Source: Kofleriaceae bacterium
GTDB lineage: Bacteria > Myxococcota_A > Polyangia > Haliangiales > Haliangiaceae
Reading direction: 5' to 3'
Length of the DNA stretch: 64,000 nucleotides
Assembly: GCA_965215005.1 (NCBI GenBank)
Contig: CBDCCZ010000038.1
Location: 1 to 64,000, forward strand
In this document: positions 10,397 to 19,615 of the stretch, in pieces
How positions within the stretch are numbered: the stretch's first letter is position 1
How the letters are laid out: each line of letters opens with the position of its first letter
Notes under the pieces: model-generated
The model's input: the letters and a program-made list of their open reading frames with translations, nothing else
Databases searched by the model: none
What the model was told of the DNA's origin: nothing
Position numbers and translations under genes: made by a program

Positions 10397-11212
10397 CTAC
10401 GAGGACTGAACGCGGATCCAGGCGCCGGCGGTGAAGGGAAAGGACTCGTCGTAGTGGACGTGGGCCACGTACCACAGGGTGACGTCTTGGCCTTGCACCG
10501 ATTCGGAGCCGACGTAGGCGGCGGGAAAGGCTTGGGCGCCGGCTTCGGCGCGGGGAGAGAAGGGAGGCCACTCGCCGTCGTGATAGCGCACGGCGAAGAG
10601 CTCAGCGTCTTCGGCTTGGTGCGGGCGAATGTGGACCGCCGCGCCGGAGACGTCGACTTGCCGCCAGGCGTTGCCGCTGTCGTCAGCGTCGCCGGCGTAC
10701 GGAAACCAACCCTCGCGCTCGACGCGCTGCCACGCGCCGTCTTCAAAACGCTCGACCGAGTCGCCCTGCGGCCCGTTGACGTCGAAGTCAAAGCGCCAAT
10801 GCGGATGATAGGTGTGGCCGCTGTGAACGCCGGGGCCGTGGATCGTGAGCCATGGTCCCAAGCGACCATCGTCGTGAAACCGCCACATTTGCGTGTAGCG
10901 GTAGGCTCCCGCCGCGAAATCCGCTACGAGCTCAAAGCCGCCTCGAAAGCGATTGCTTCGCACCTCGCCAACCAGCGTGCGCGTGCCCAGCGGCACCCAA
11001 ACCGGGCCGTGCCCCGCCGCCGTCGCCTCTTCGACCTCGAGGCCTTGGCGCTGATGATCGATGGTGACGTAGGGCAGTGAGCCCTCCCACAGCACTCGCC
11101 GGCCCTGATAATCGGCGAGGTACACCATGATGCCGGCCGAGTCGGTGAGTTTCCAGTGGACCTTCCAGCCCGCATGTTCGATTGCGTTGGTCATCATTGT
11201 TCGCTCGCTCAC
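10397..11212 (-). CDS. Minimal copper amine oxidase catalytic-domain-like protein
   Basis: Collinear with the CAO enzyme domain: WKVHW..GIMV..YQGRRVLWEGSL; GAYRYTQMWRFHDDG (cf. GNYDY.F.W....DG); HTYHPHWRFDFDVNG (cf. HQH....RLD.D.DG); ELFAVRYHDGE; ESVQGQDVTLWYVAHVH (cf. IDGQDIVVW......H). Start is GTG overlapping the upstream TGA, or ATG 11197. Confidence 0.72.
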   Translation of the reverse strand: MSERTMMTNAIEHAGWKVHWKLTDSAGIMVYLADYQGRRVLWEGSLPYVTIDHQRQGLEVEEATAAGHGPVWVPLGTRTLVGEVRSNRFRGGFELVADFAAGAYRYTQMWRFHDDGRLGPWLTIHGPGVHSGHTYHPHWRFDFDVNGPQGDSVERFEDGAWQRVEREGWFPYAGDADDSGNAWRQVDVSGAAVHIRPHQAEDAELFAVRYHDGEWPPFSPRAEAGAQAFPAAYVGSESVQGQDVTLWYVAHVHYDESFPFTAGAWIRVQSS

Positions 11213-12045
11213 CACTGATCGGCGGGGACGATGTCGCTCACCATGTTGTCTATGAGATCGACCACGGCCACCAGCGACGGCCGCTCGCCGCTGCGGCCAA
11301 ACATCACGGCCGCCGAACGTCGGCGAAACGCCAGGTCACTCTCATTGTCGCTCCAGTACTGCATTGCGACCTGTGGCTCGTCGCCCAGCGACAGCGTCTC
11401 ACTCACGCGGCCATCGGCGATGGCGATGGCAATGGCCGCCGCTTCTTCTTCCCGCGCCAGCATTGGCTGCGCGCGCGTGAGCTGCAGCTGCACCACCAGC
11501 CCATCCTCGAGGTTTACGCAGCCTTCGACGCAGCGATCGCTGCTGTAGTCGTAGGCAATCACCCGCGCCAGCCGGCGATTGCCAAGCTCGTGCGGGGCTT
11601 TGAGCACCAACGGCTCGACCGTGATCACCCGATAACGACCGACCTTGGCCATTTGCGATAGCCGGCGGTCTTCCAACAGCAGTCGCAGCGCTTCGGCGCG
11701 CTCGCCTTCGGTGAGCGGCAAAAACAGCTCGAGGTCGACCACCGCGGCGGCGCCGCGCGTGGTATCCCGCGCCTTCTTGACGTTCTTCTTGATCGCGTTT
11801 TTGGCGAGCTTGGCGCTCTTCTTGGCGGCCGCCTTGATGGCTTTGGCGTTCTTCTCGAGCGCTCCGCCGGAGCTGCGGCGCGATTTGCCGGCGGCTGGCT
11901 TGGCATCGGCAACTTTGCCCTTGGCCCGGCCGCCCGCCGGGGTGCTGCCAACCCGCACTTTGCCAGCGCGTTTGGCTTTTTCCGCTCGCTTGCCCGCCGC
12001 GGCGGGCTTGCTGGTCGATGCAGACCGCTTTTTGCTAGACGCCAT
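11209..12045 (-). CDS. Copper amine oxidase N2/N3-domain-like protein with a Lys/Ala-rich N-terminal tail
   Basis: About 100-aa K/A-rich tail, then FLPLTEGERAEALRLL...RRLARVIAYDY...VNLEDGLV...AQPMLAREEEAAA...DGRV...LVAVVDLIDNMV, which follows the CAO N2/N3 pattern. Confidence 0.68.
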   Translation of the reverse strand: MASSKKRSASTSKPAAAGKRAEKAKRAGKVRVGSTPAGGRAKGKVADAKPAAGKSRRSSGGALEKNAKAIKAAAKKSAKLAKNAIKKNVKKARDTTRGAAAVVDLELFLPLTEGERAEALRLLLEDRRLSQMAKVGRYRVITVEPLVLKAPHELGNRRLARVIAYDYSSDRCVEGCVNLEDGLVVQLQLTRAQPMLAREEEAAAIAIAIADGRVSETLSLGDEPQVAMQYWSDNESDLAFRRRSAAVMFGRSGERPSLVAVVDLIDNMVSDIVPADQW

Positions 12046-12138
12046 GGCCGCGGAATATACACGGCGGGGATGACGATCACGCACCCGGAGACGACGCGGC
12101 GCCAGATCCTTTGCGGTGCAGACGCGTTGCTAGCCCGC

Positions 12139-13029
12139 ATGCATGCCGTAGCCGCCAGTTTGACCGTTGTCATCGTCACCACCGGGTGCGCCTCCGCGTG
12201 GGCTGAGCGACCGTCGTCCTCCGCCGAGGCCGCCGTGTTGGTCGAGCCCGAGGCGGCGTATGACGTCTCAGTCCTCGACGAGGCGGGTTACGCGCTGCGA
12301 ACCTATGCACATCACGGGCGCTATTACGTGCTGGGCCACGCCGGTGAGCGCTACGCGGTGCGCGTGGCCAACGCCACCGGCCGTCGCATCGAAGCCGTGG
12401 TCTCGGTAGATGGTCTCGACGTGATCGATGGTCAACCCGGGTCGCTGGGCAAGCGCGGTTACGTCGTCCCCGCCGGCGGCGAGGTGGTCATCGAAGGCTT
12501 TCGCACCTCCACCCGCGACCTCGCCGCATTTCGCTTCTCGTCGGTGCGAAATTCTTACGCCGGGCGCCGCGGCATGGCGCGCAACGTCGGCGTCATCGGC
12601 GTAGCGATCTTCGACGAGCGCCCGGCGGCGGTTATCGCCCGGCCGGAGCCGCCGTTGCCGCCTCCTTATACAAGCGAGCGCTTCGAGACCAGCTCGGCCG
12701 CGCCCCCCGCACAGCCCAGCGCTCGCAGCGCCGTCGCCGACGAGGCCGGACCGTCGGCGGGCGCTGCTGCACGCTCCTCCGCGTCTCACTGCTGCATTCC
12801 CTCCCGCCCCGGCCTTGGCACTGCGTATGGCGAGCAGCGCGTCTCGCACGTGAGCTTCACCCGCTTTATGCGGGCTTCTGACGTTCCCGTCGCGCAAACC
12901 GAGCTGCGTTACAACGATGCCGCCGGCTTGGCTCGCGCAGGCGTGCTAGCGCCGGGCAGCGCCGACGACACCGCGCTGCGCGAGACCGCCGAGCCGTTCC
13001 CAAGCTCGTTTGCACCGCCGCCGCAGTGA
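12139..13029 (+). CDS. Conserved hypothetical exported/lipoprotein
   Basis: Hydrophobic leader ending TTGC; well-formed globular core YVLGHAGERYAVRVAN.TGRRIEAVVSVDGLDVIDG...FRFSSV..SYA...NVGVIGVAIF. Start uncertain (12070 or 12139). Confidence 0.7.
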   Translation: MHAVAASLTVVIVTTGCASAWAERPSSSAEAAVLVEPEAAYDVSVLDEAGYALRTYAHHGRYYVLGHAGERYAVRVANATGRRIEAVVSVDGLDVIDGQPGSLGKRGYVVPAGGEVVIEGFRTSTRDLAAFRFSSVRNSYAGRRGMARNVGVIGVAIFDERPAAVIARPEPPLPPPYTSERFETSSAAPPAQPSARSAVADEAGPSAGAAARSSASHCCIPSRPGLGTAYGEQRVSHVSFTRFMRASDVPVAQTELRYNDAAGLARAGVLAPGSADDTALRETAEPFPSSFAPPPQ

Positions 13030-13063
13030 GCGCAAATCTCGCAAGCGCGCCGTTTACGCGCCG

Positions 13064-13735
13064 CTAAAACCCAGCGAACCGCACGCATTCGGCCAACTCG
13101 AGCCGACTCGTACGACAGCGATTCGCCGCTACCGATGCATCCTCCCGACCGAGCGCCACGCCAAATACGATGGTCTCCTGTTGCGAGATTTCCAGGTGCG
13201 TGCGCAGCGGCTGCGGGTACGCCGCGATCGATGCCATCGGACACGCATCGATGCCGAGGCTGGCCGCGGCGGTGAGCAAGACGCCGAGCCACACGCCCAA
13301 GTCGAGGGTCGCGTACTCGCCAAGCCGCCGATCGCGGCTCACCACCGCCAGGTGGGGCGCATCGAAGAGCTGATAGTTGCGCAGCCATGCATCATAGCGG
13401 GCGGCCTTGTCGTCGCGCGCGATGCCCATCGCGCCATACAGCGCTGCGCCGCATTGCTTGCGCTGCTCGCGGTATGGCTCCGGGTAGTCGAGCGGAAACG
13501 GCAGCTCCGGCGCCGGCAAGCCGCTGCGCGCCGCAGTCACCAGCGCCTGGCGCACCGTCTCGGTCACCGGCGGCGCCGTCACCACCACGCGCCACGGCTG
13601 AATGTTGCACCACGATGGCGCGCGCTGGGCGAGCGCGAACAGCTCAGAAAGGACCTCTTGCGACAGCGGCTCGGGCAAAAATCCGCGCACGCTGCGGCGC
13701 GCCTGCAGTGCCGCAGCCAGTGGCGTAGTGGTCAT
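13064..13735 (-). CDS. Nitroreductase family protein
   Basis: [31 protein letters not shown] motifs. Confidence 0.9.
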   Translation of the reverse strand: MTTTPLAAALQARRSVRGFLPEPLSQEVLSELFALAQRAPSWCNIQPWRVVVTAPPVTETVRQALVTAARSGLPAPELPFPLDYPEPYREQRKQCGAALYGAMGIARDDKAARYDAWLRNYQLFDAPHLAVVSRDRRLGEYATLDLGVWLGVLLTAAASLGIDACPMASIAAYPQPLRTHLEISQQETIVFGVALGREDASVAANRCRTSRLELAECVRFAGF

Positions 13736-14037
13736 GCGGGCGACCTATCGGGGGTGGCGTCGATGAGCGCGGCGAAGCGATAGATGCCGGTGGTGTGGCC
13801 ATCGGAGAAGTGAATCGAGACGCCGTAGTTTCCGACCAGCTCCATATGGCTAACCGTTAGGTCCGCCGGTATCGAGTCGGGATCGAGCAGGCGTTCGCCG
13901 GTGGCTTCGGAGACGCAGTGGGCGCACGTGCAGCGCTGCCTCAAAGCACGCGCCGACCATACGTCTTGGCGCTCGTCTTCCCACACGAAGGTGACCTCGG
14001 GCTTTCCGAGACCGATGATTTCCGCGGGCATAGGCAT
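13732..14037 (-). CDS. DUF971 / gamma-butyrobetaine hydroxylase N-terminal-like protein
   Basis: [10 protein letters not shown] and [19 protein letters not shown]; 4-bp overlap with the nitroreductase gene. Confidence 0.85.
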   Translation of the reverse strand: MPMPAEIIGLGKPEVTFVWEDERQDVWSARALRQRCTCAHCVSEATGERLLDPDSIPADLTVSHMELVGNYGVSIHFSDGHTTGIYRFAALIDATPDRSPA

Positions 14038-14222
14038 GAGCGCGCACTATATCCGCGGCCCTGCCTTCCGCCACGCGTTCGTGCGGTAACGCGCGAGCTT
14101 GATAACAAAGCAGTCGATGGCGGCAACGCTGAGCGGCGCGAACCGCCGTCACCGTCGCGGGCCGCAGTTGAGGGTGTACGAGGCGGCCGAGTCGAGTAGA
14201 GTACGCGTTCTTTCGGTTCCAG

Positions 14223-15539
14223 ATGACTCCTTCTCGCAAAGGCCCGCCGCGGCCATCGACACGCGCGCAGCCGAGCAAACAACGCCGCGCCTTCAGTCCC
14301 GCAAGAAGCGGCGGCGCCGTCACTCGCGGCGGCCATGGCCGCACCGCTGCGGCGCTGGCCGATGCGCTTGGCGAAGCGCGGCGCGATCGCGTGGTCGCCG
14401 ACAGCGTCACCCATCCGCTGCACGCTTATCCGGCGCGCATGCATCCGGCCACTGCCCGCGCGCTGGTCGAGCTCATCGAGCCGCGCGTGGTCGTCGACCC
14501 ATTCTGCGGCTCGGGGACAACGCTCGTCGAGGCGCGCTTTGCTGGCGCTCAAGCCATTGGCGTCGATGCCAATCCGCTGGCGGTGTTGATTGCGCGCGCC
14601 AAGACCTGGACCGCGCCCAAGTCGCGCCGGCAAGCGCTGCGCGAGCACGGCCAAGCCATTGCTGCGGCGGCGCTTGCCGAAGGCAAAGCGGCGCGCCGGG
14701 CCGGCTACGAAGAGCCGCCGCTGCGCAAGCCCGCTGGCGTGGATCCCAACGCTCGCGACCGCGCGCTCAAAGACTGGTTTGCGCCCCACGTGCGGCGCGA
14801 GCTCGAGCACCTGGCCAGCTTGGTGGATGCGCTGGCAACCGAAGATGCCGAGCTCGCGGAGCGGCTCACGGTGGTGCTTTCGAGCGTTATCTATAAGGTA
14901 TCGCGCCGCGCATCCGACAGCGATCCATCGCGGGTCGAGCGGCGGGTGGCGCGGGGGGCCGCGGCGCGGCTGTTTGCCGAACGCGTCGAATTATTGCTCG
15001 CCGGGCTCGAAGATCTGCGCGCCGCTTCGGCGGCCTCGCCGGGGGTGGTGCACGAAGGCGATGCCCGCGCGCTTGGCCTCGCTGGCTTGGCCGACGGCAT
15101 GGCCTCCGCGGTGATCACCTCGCCGCCGTACGCCGGCACCTATGACTACGCCGAGCAGCATCGCTTGCGGCTAGATTTTCTTGCCATGCCAGTCAAGCGC
15201 TTTGCCGGCGCGGAGATGGGCGCCCGGCGCGGCTTTTCGGGCAGCGATGCGCAGTCGCGGCGGCGGGCGCGGCGTGCGTGGGAGCGCGACATCACCGCGG
15301 CAATTGCCGAGATGGGCCGGATTCTGGCCCCCTCCGGGCGCGCGGTGCTGATGCTGGGCGACTCGGTGGCGGGAGGCCGGGCGATGCGCGCCGAAGAGCT
15401 CCTCACCCGGGCGTTGCCCGAGTCGTTGCGCCTGATGGCGTGGGCCAGCCAAGAGCGGCCGATGCTCGGGCGCGTCGAGCGCGATGCGTTCGGCGATGAG
15501 GCCAAGCTCGAGACGCTGTTTCTGCTCGAGCGCCGCTGA
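14223..15539 (+). CDS. Amino (N4-C/N6-A) DNA methyltransferase-like protein, orphan
   Basis: HAYPARMHP, motif I DPFCGSGTT, motif IV ITSPPY (I before IV, alpha-like order). No nuclease gene adjacent. Confidence 0.75.
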   Translation: MTPSRKGPPRPSTRAQPSKQRRAFSPARSGGAVTRGGHGRTAAALADALGEARRDRVVADSVTHPLHAYPARMHPATARALVELIEPRVVVDPFCGSGTTLVEARFAGAQAIGVDANPLAVLIARAKTWTAPKSRRQALREHGQAIAAAALAEGKAARRAGYEEPPLRKPAGVDPNARDRALKDWFAPHVRRELEHLASLVDALATEDAELAERLTVVLSSVIYKVSRRASDSDPSRVERRVARGAAARLFAERVELLLAGLEDLRAASAASPGVVHEGDARALGLAGLADGMASAVITSPPYAGTYDYAEQHRLRLDFLAMPVKRFAGAEMGARRGFSGSDAQSRRRARRAWERDITAAIAEMGRILAPSGRAVLMLGDSVAGGRAMRAEELLTRALPESLRLMAWASQERPMLGRVERDAFGDEAKLETLFLLERR

Positions 15540-15609
15540 GGTGGGGGCGGCTGCGACTCGCAGCCCATTGCGCAGTTTCACCGGCGAATCAGGTAGCCTG
15601 GACAAGCTT

Positions 15610-17700
15610 ATGAAGCGCCGCGAATTTCTCCAGCTATCGGGTTGTTTCGCCGTGAGTGCCTCGCTGCTCGGGGCTGCCGGGTGTGGCGACGATGGTGCTG
15701 CCCCGGGCAGCTACTCGTTCCCTCACGGGGTGGCTTCGGGAGACCCGCAGCCGTCGTCGGTGATGCTGTGGACTCGCGTGAGCAGCGCCGACGACGGGCC
15801 CGTCGCGGTGACCGTGGAGGTCGCGACCGACGAGGCCTTTCGTGAGGTGGTGGCCACTGCGGCGCTCACCGCATCGGCCGATAGCGACTTCACCCTTCGC
15901 GTGCTCGTCGAGGGTTTGCAGCCGAGCACTTGGTACTTCTATCGATTTCGCGCCGGCCGCGATCGCAGCGAGCTCGGACGCACGTGGACCGCTCCCAGCC
16001 GCGATGCCGACGAGCCGATTCGCTTGGCGTGGGTGAGCTGCCAAGACTACGCGGCGGGCTTCTATGGCGCCTATCGGCACCTGATACGCGATGATGAAGC
16101 AGCGCCGCCCGAGGAGCGCGTGCAGCTGGTCGTGCACTTGGGCGACTTCATCTATGAGACGGTATCGGCGCAGTTCCAAACCGCCATTGATGAGAGCTTC
16201 GAGCCCACCGCGCTCATCGATCGCAACGGGCAGATGCGGGTGGTACCCGACGTGCCGGATGGCGCCGCGGTTGGGCAGGTGCGGTATGCGCGCACGCTCG
16301 CGGACTATCGACACCTCTACAAGAGCTTCTTGGCGGATCCCGACCTGCGCGCTGCCCGTGCCCGGTGGCCCTTCGTCTACACCTGGGACGATCACGAATT
16401 TAGTAATGACTGCTGGCAATCGCAGGCCAACTACACCGATGCCGACGGCCTCGATGAGCCCGCGCAGACCCGCAAGGTCGCCGCCAACCAAGCGTGGTTC
16501 GAGTACGTTCCGGCCAATCTCACCGATGCCCAAGGAGTTGACGGCGTCGCGCCAGAAGCGGCTGATTTTCTGGCTGCAGAGGTCGTCGATGCCGCGTTCG
16601 GCGCGCTCGAGCGCGATGAGCTAATCGCCACCGAAGCCAATAATCTGGCCGCCATTGGCAGCTTGACCATCTATCGCAGCCTTCGGCTCGGCAAGCACGT
16701 CGAGCTGGTGATGACCGACGAGCGCTCGTATCGCAGCGACCACGCGGTGCCCGAGTCGCAGATCGTTGGCAGTCCGCTGTTCTTTGATCCGCGCAACGTA
16801 CAGTCGCTGGAGATGGTTAATGTCATGGATGCCGGTGCGACCGCCAACGGCGGCCAGCCGCCCGACACGGTGGGCCTTGGTTTCGAGAATCTGCGCAAGA
16901 CCAGCCCGCCGGGGTCGATGCTCGGCGCCGCGCAGAAGGCATGGTGGAAGGCGACCATGGCGGGCTCGGATGCGACGTGGAAGCTGTGGGGCAATGAAGT
17001 GCCGCTGTTGCGGTTTTTCGTGCGTGGCCAAGGCGGACCGCTGGTGCTCGATCGCGTGATGAACGCCGACGCCTGGGATGGCTACAACCACGAGCGCAAC
17101 GAGCTGATGGCGTTTCTGCGCGACGGCGAAATTGCCAACGTCGTCGCCGTCACGGGCGATATCCACGCTCACTTCGCCGGGTATGTGATGGACGATCACG
17201 ACGCCGCTGACCCGCGCGCGGTGATGATTGACTTATGTACTGCAGGCATCTCGTCCAATAGCTTGTTTAGCTTTTTCGAGGCGCCTACCCGCGCGCCCGA
17301 GCTGAGTGGGCCGCGCAAGCTCATTACCTTCGACGCCACGCCCTTTGGCGGCCAAGAGACCCACGTAGTCAATTTCAACGCCACGCTACTGTGGGGAGCG
17401 GCGGCGGGGCAGGTGGCTGCCGATACCTATGACTTGCAGGCTGCCGAAGCCGTCAAAGACGACTCCAATCCGCATCTTCGCTACGCCGACACCAATGCGC
17501 AGGGCTACGGCCTCATGACCGTGAGCGCCACCGAGCTGCGTGCCACGCTCGTGACCATCGAGCGGCCGCTCGCCGACGAGCCCGATGGCCCTGGCATCCG
17601 TCGCACCGCCTCATTTCGCGTGCCGCTGGTGGCCGCAGGCGAGCCGCCGGTGCTCGAGGGGCCAACCTTCACCGGCACCAAGCCGTGGCCGCTGACCTAA
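15610..17700 (+). CDS. phoD: PhoD-family alkaline phosphatase, Tat-exported lipoprotein
   Basis: MKRREFL Tat motif with AAGC lipobox; FPHGVASGDP, HLGDFIYE, WDDHEF.ND, DAWDGY, TGDIH. Confidence 0.9.
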   Translation: MKRREFLQLSGCFAVSASLLGAAGCGDDGAAPGSYSFPHGVASGDPQPSSVMLWTRVSSADDGPVAVTVEVATDEAFREVVATAALTASADSDFTLRVLVEGLQPSTWYFYRFRAGRDRSELGRTWTAPSRDADEPIRLAWVSCQDYAAGFYGAYRHLIRDDEAAPPEERVQLVVHLGDFIYETVSAQFQTAIDESFEPTALIDRNGQMRVVPDVPDGAAVGQVRYARTLADYRHLYKSFLADPDLRAARARWPFVYTWDDHEFSNDCWQSQANYTDADGLDEPAQTRKVAANQAWFEYVPANLTDAQGVDGVAPEAADFLAAEVVDAAFGALERDELIATEANNLAAIGSLTIYRSLRLGKHVELVMTDERSYRSDHAVPESQIVGSPLFFDPRNVQSLEMVNVMDAGATANGGQPPDTVGLGFENLRKTSPPGSMLGAAQKAWWKATMAGSDATWKLWGNEVPLLRFFVRGQGGPLVLDRVMNADAWDGYNHERNELMAFLRDGEIANVVAVTGDIHAHFAGYVMDDHDAADPRAVMIDLCTAGISSNSLFSFFEAPTRAPELSGPRKLITFDATPFGGQETHVVNFNATLLWGAAAGQVAADTYDLQAAEAVKDDSNPHLRYADTNAQGYGLMTVSATELRATLVTIERPLADEPDGPGIRRTASFRVPLVAAGEPPVLEGPTFTGTKPWPLT

Positions 17701-17704
17701 GCCG

Positions 17705-18721
17705 CTACACCAAATGCGCCGGCCGGAAGCACAGCCGCACGAGCCCAGGAACGCGCTCGAGCGGTTGCAAGTGCGGCGGCAGCTCGCCGGTCACGCGGAA
17801 GCTCTTCACGTAATAGCTGCCGGTGTCGACCATGGGCAGCTCGTGGTCGAAGAGCCAATCTTCCACCCAGGCGCGACGCTGCGTATCGACGCTTTGCAGG
17901 TGCTCGAGGTCGATGGCCATGAACGCGCGCGCCGCAAGTTGATTGTAGAACCGCGTGAGCCAGTGCCAGCTATCGTGGAAGCGCTGTCGCAGCGGATGAT
18001 CGCGATGCACCAGCAACACGCCCAAGTGCGACGCGGTGAGGCCGAACCCGCGGCTGAAGCTCACCGACAGCAGCGTCTTTGGCAAGAGCGGCGTCAGTGC
18101 CGCTGCGGTCGCATGCCGCTCGCTGGCCGTGAGCGTGGGATAGAGATTGATGTCGAGAAGGCACGCTCGTGCGCTCGCAAGCCACGTGAGCATCTCCTGC
18201 GTCAAATGGCCGTTGCGCACCGATGGCACGCACAAGCACGCGATCGCTTCTGACGCGTCGCTGGCGAGCTCGATGCGACCTGGCTGGCTGGCGCCCTCGG
18301 CAAAGCCGTGCCAGTCGCCGGGATGGACCACGAGCCGCTCGCCCATCGCAGCGGCGCCATTGACCACGTGCGTGATGAGGTCGACGTCGCTGCCGGCGCC
18401 GTAGGCAAGGAAGTCTTCCAAGTTCCACGCGCCGCCACTGAGCGCTTCGACCCGGCGGCGCACGTGCGGGGCGACCTCTTCGTGGAAGAACGCCAGGCCG
18501 AGCGCGTATTGCTCGCTCAAATGGTCCGCGCGGAGCTCGGCAGCGGCGCGGCGGTAGGCGTCGGCGGCGCCGCGATAGCCGATCGGCAACAGCGGCCGAA
18601 ACCGCGCGACGTCCTCGGGGCTGATGGTGGCTGCGAGGCGTTCTGCGGCCACCACCGGCTCGGCTTGCTGGCGCGGGACGCAGAGCGTGGGTTCGGAACT
18701 CGGAGGTTCGCTTGGCGACAC
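17705..18721 (-). CDS. Fold-type I PLP-enzyme-like protein, with Arg at the expected catalytic Lys
   Basis: CVPSVRNG, LLDINLYP (cf. .DEAY), SVSFSRGFGLTASHLG (cf. SFSK.FGL.G.R.G). Start GTG 18721 inferred. Confidence 0.55.
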   Translation of the reverse strand: MSPSEPPSSEPTLCVPRQQAEPVVAAERLAATISPEDVARFRPLLPIGYRGAADAYRRAAAELRADHLSEQYALGLAFFHEEVAPHVRRRVEALSGGAWNLEDFLAYGAGSDVDLITHVVNGAAAMGERLVVHPGDWHGFAEGASQPGRIELASDASEAIACLCVPSVRNGHLTQEMLTWLASARACLLDINLYPTLTASERHATAAALTPLLPKTLLSVSFSRGFGLTASHLGVLLVHRDHPLRQRFHDSWHWLTRFYNQLAARAFMAIDLEHLQSVDTQRRAWVEDWLFDHELPMVDTGSYYVKSFRVTGELPPHLQPLERVPGLVRLCFRPAHLV

Positions 18722-18842
18722 GAGAGCTCGATGATGCCACGATCGCTGCACGTCGCCCACGGCGTTTCCGGCGCCAGAAGCGCGGAGGAGTTTCGGCGAC
18801 TTCAACGATAGCTGCGGGCGCCGTCACCCAAGGTAGGAGGCT

Positions 18843-19295
18843 TCAGCCGAGCATTGACACCAGGCGCCGATAGACGCTGCCCAGTGGCCCCGCGGCATCC
18901 ATCACGCCGCCGAGCAAATCCCAATAGTCGCGGTGGTCGATTACCTGACCTGTGCGGAGCAAGAGCTGCGAAGCGCCTTCGAAACCCATCTGCGGCCCCA
19001 TCTTTGGCTGCAACTCGAGCGACCAGGTGAGACAGATGACGCCGGGGCTGGTCGCGCGGTGATGCACGATGAAGCGCAGGTGGCGCGCGCGGTCCAGCAG
19101 TCGATGGTTCATCTCGAGGAAGGCTTGTCGTCCGCGCACTTCCTGGATGGGATCGGCGAAGCGCACATCGTCGGCATAAAGCGGTGCAAGTCGGTCGAGT
19201 GGCTCGCGGACATCGGGACGAAGCTCGCTCAGCGCAGCAGCGATCGCCTTGGCCAGCGAGGTCTCGGAAGCGCTCTTGGAAGCGTGTTCAACCAT
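18843..19295 (-). CDS. SnoaL-like / NTF2-family protein
   Basis: LYADDVRFADP...G...HRDYWD signature. Confidence 0.85.
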   Translation of the reverse strand: MVEHASKSASETSLAKAIAAALSELRPDVREPLDRLAPLYADDVRFADPIQEVRGRQAFLEMNHRLLDRARHLRFIVHHRATSPGVICLTWSLELQPKMGPQMGFEGASQLLLRTGQVIDHRDYWDLLGGVMDAAGPLGSVYRRLVSMLG

Positions 19296-19320
19296 GGCTT
19301 CAGATTACGCCGCTCACCAA

Positions 19321-19347
19321 CTGTAGTCACCGCAACGGTCACTACAG
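19321..19347. promoter_or_regulatory. Imperfect 12-bp inverted repeat in a divergent promoter region
   Basis: ctgtagtcaccg-caa-cggtcactacag with one mismatch, 26 bp upstream of the NTF2 gene start. Function unknown. Confidence 0.35.
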
Positions 19348-19615
19348 ACATGGCCAATTGTCGCGATCCGACTGCATTTCTTACGCGGCGACTCAACTGC
19401 CGCAAATCGCTGCGCTACGACAGCGGCGCGGTATGGCGACTCTGTCCTACCCGTGCATAACCTCACGATAAAACATCGTCAAAAAGCTGGATGCGGCCGA
19501 TGTAGAGCTGCAGCATGAAGTCGCGCTGGCAACGAGTCGGCGCGAATTGCCCAACTCCAGCAATTGATGTACGCGGTCGTGGCATTTGTCGCGGCCCAGA
19601 AAAGGAGCTGCGCTT

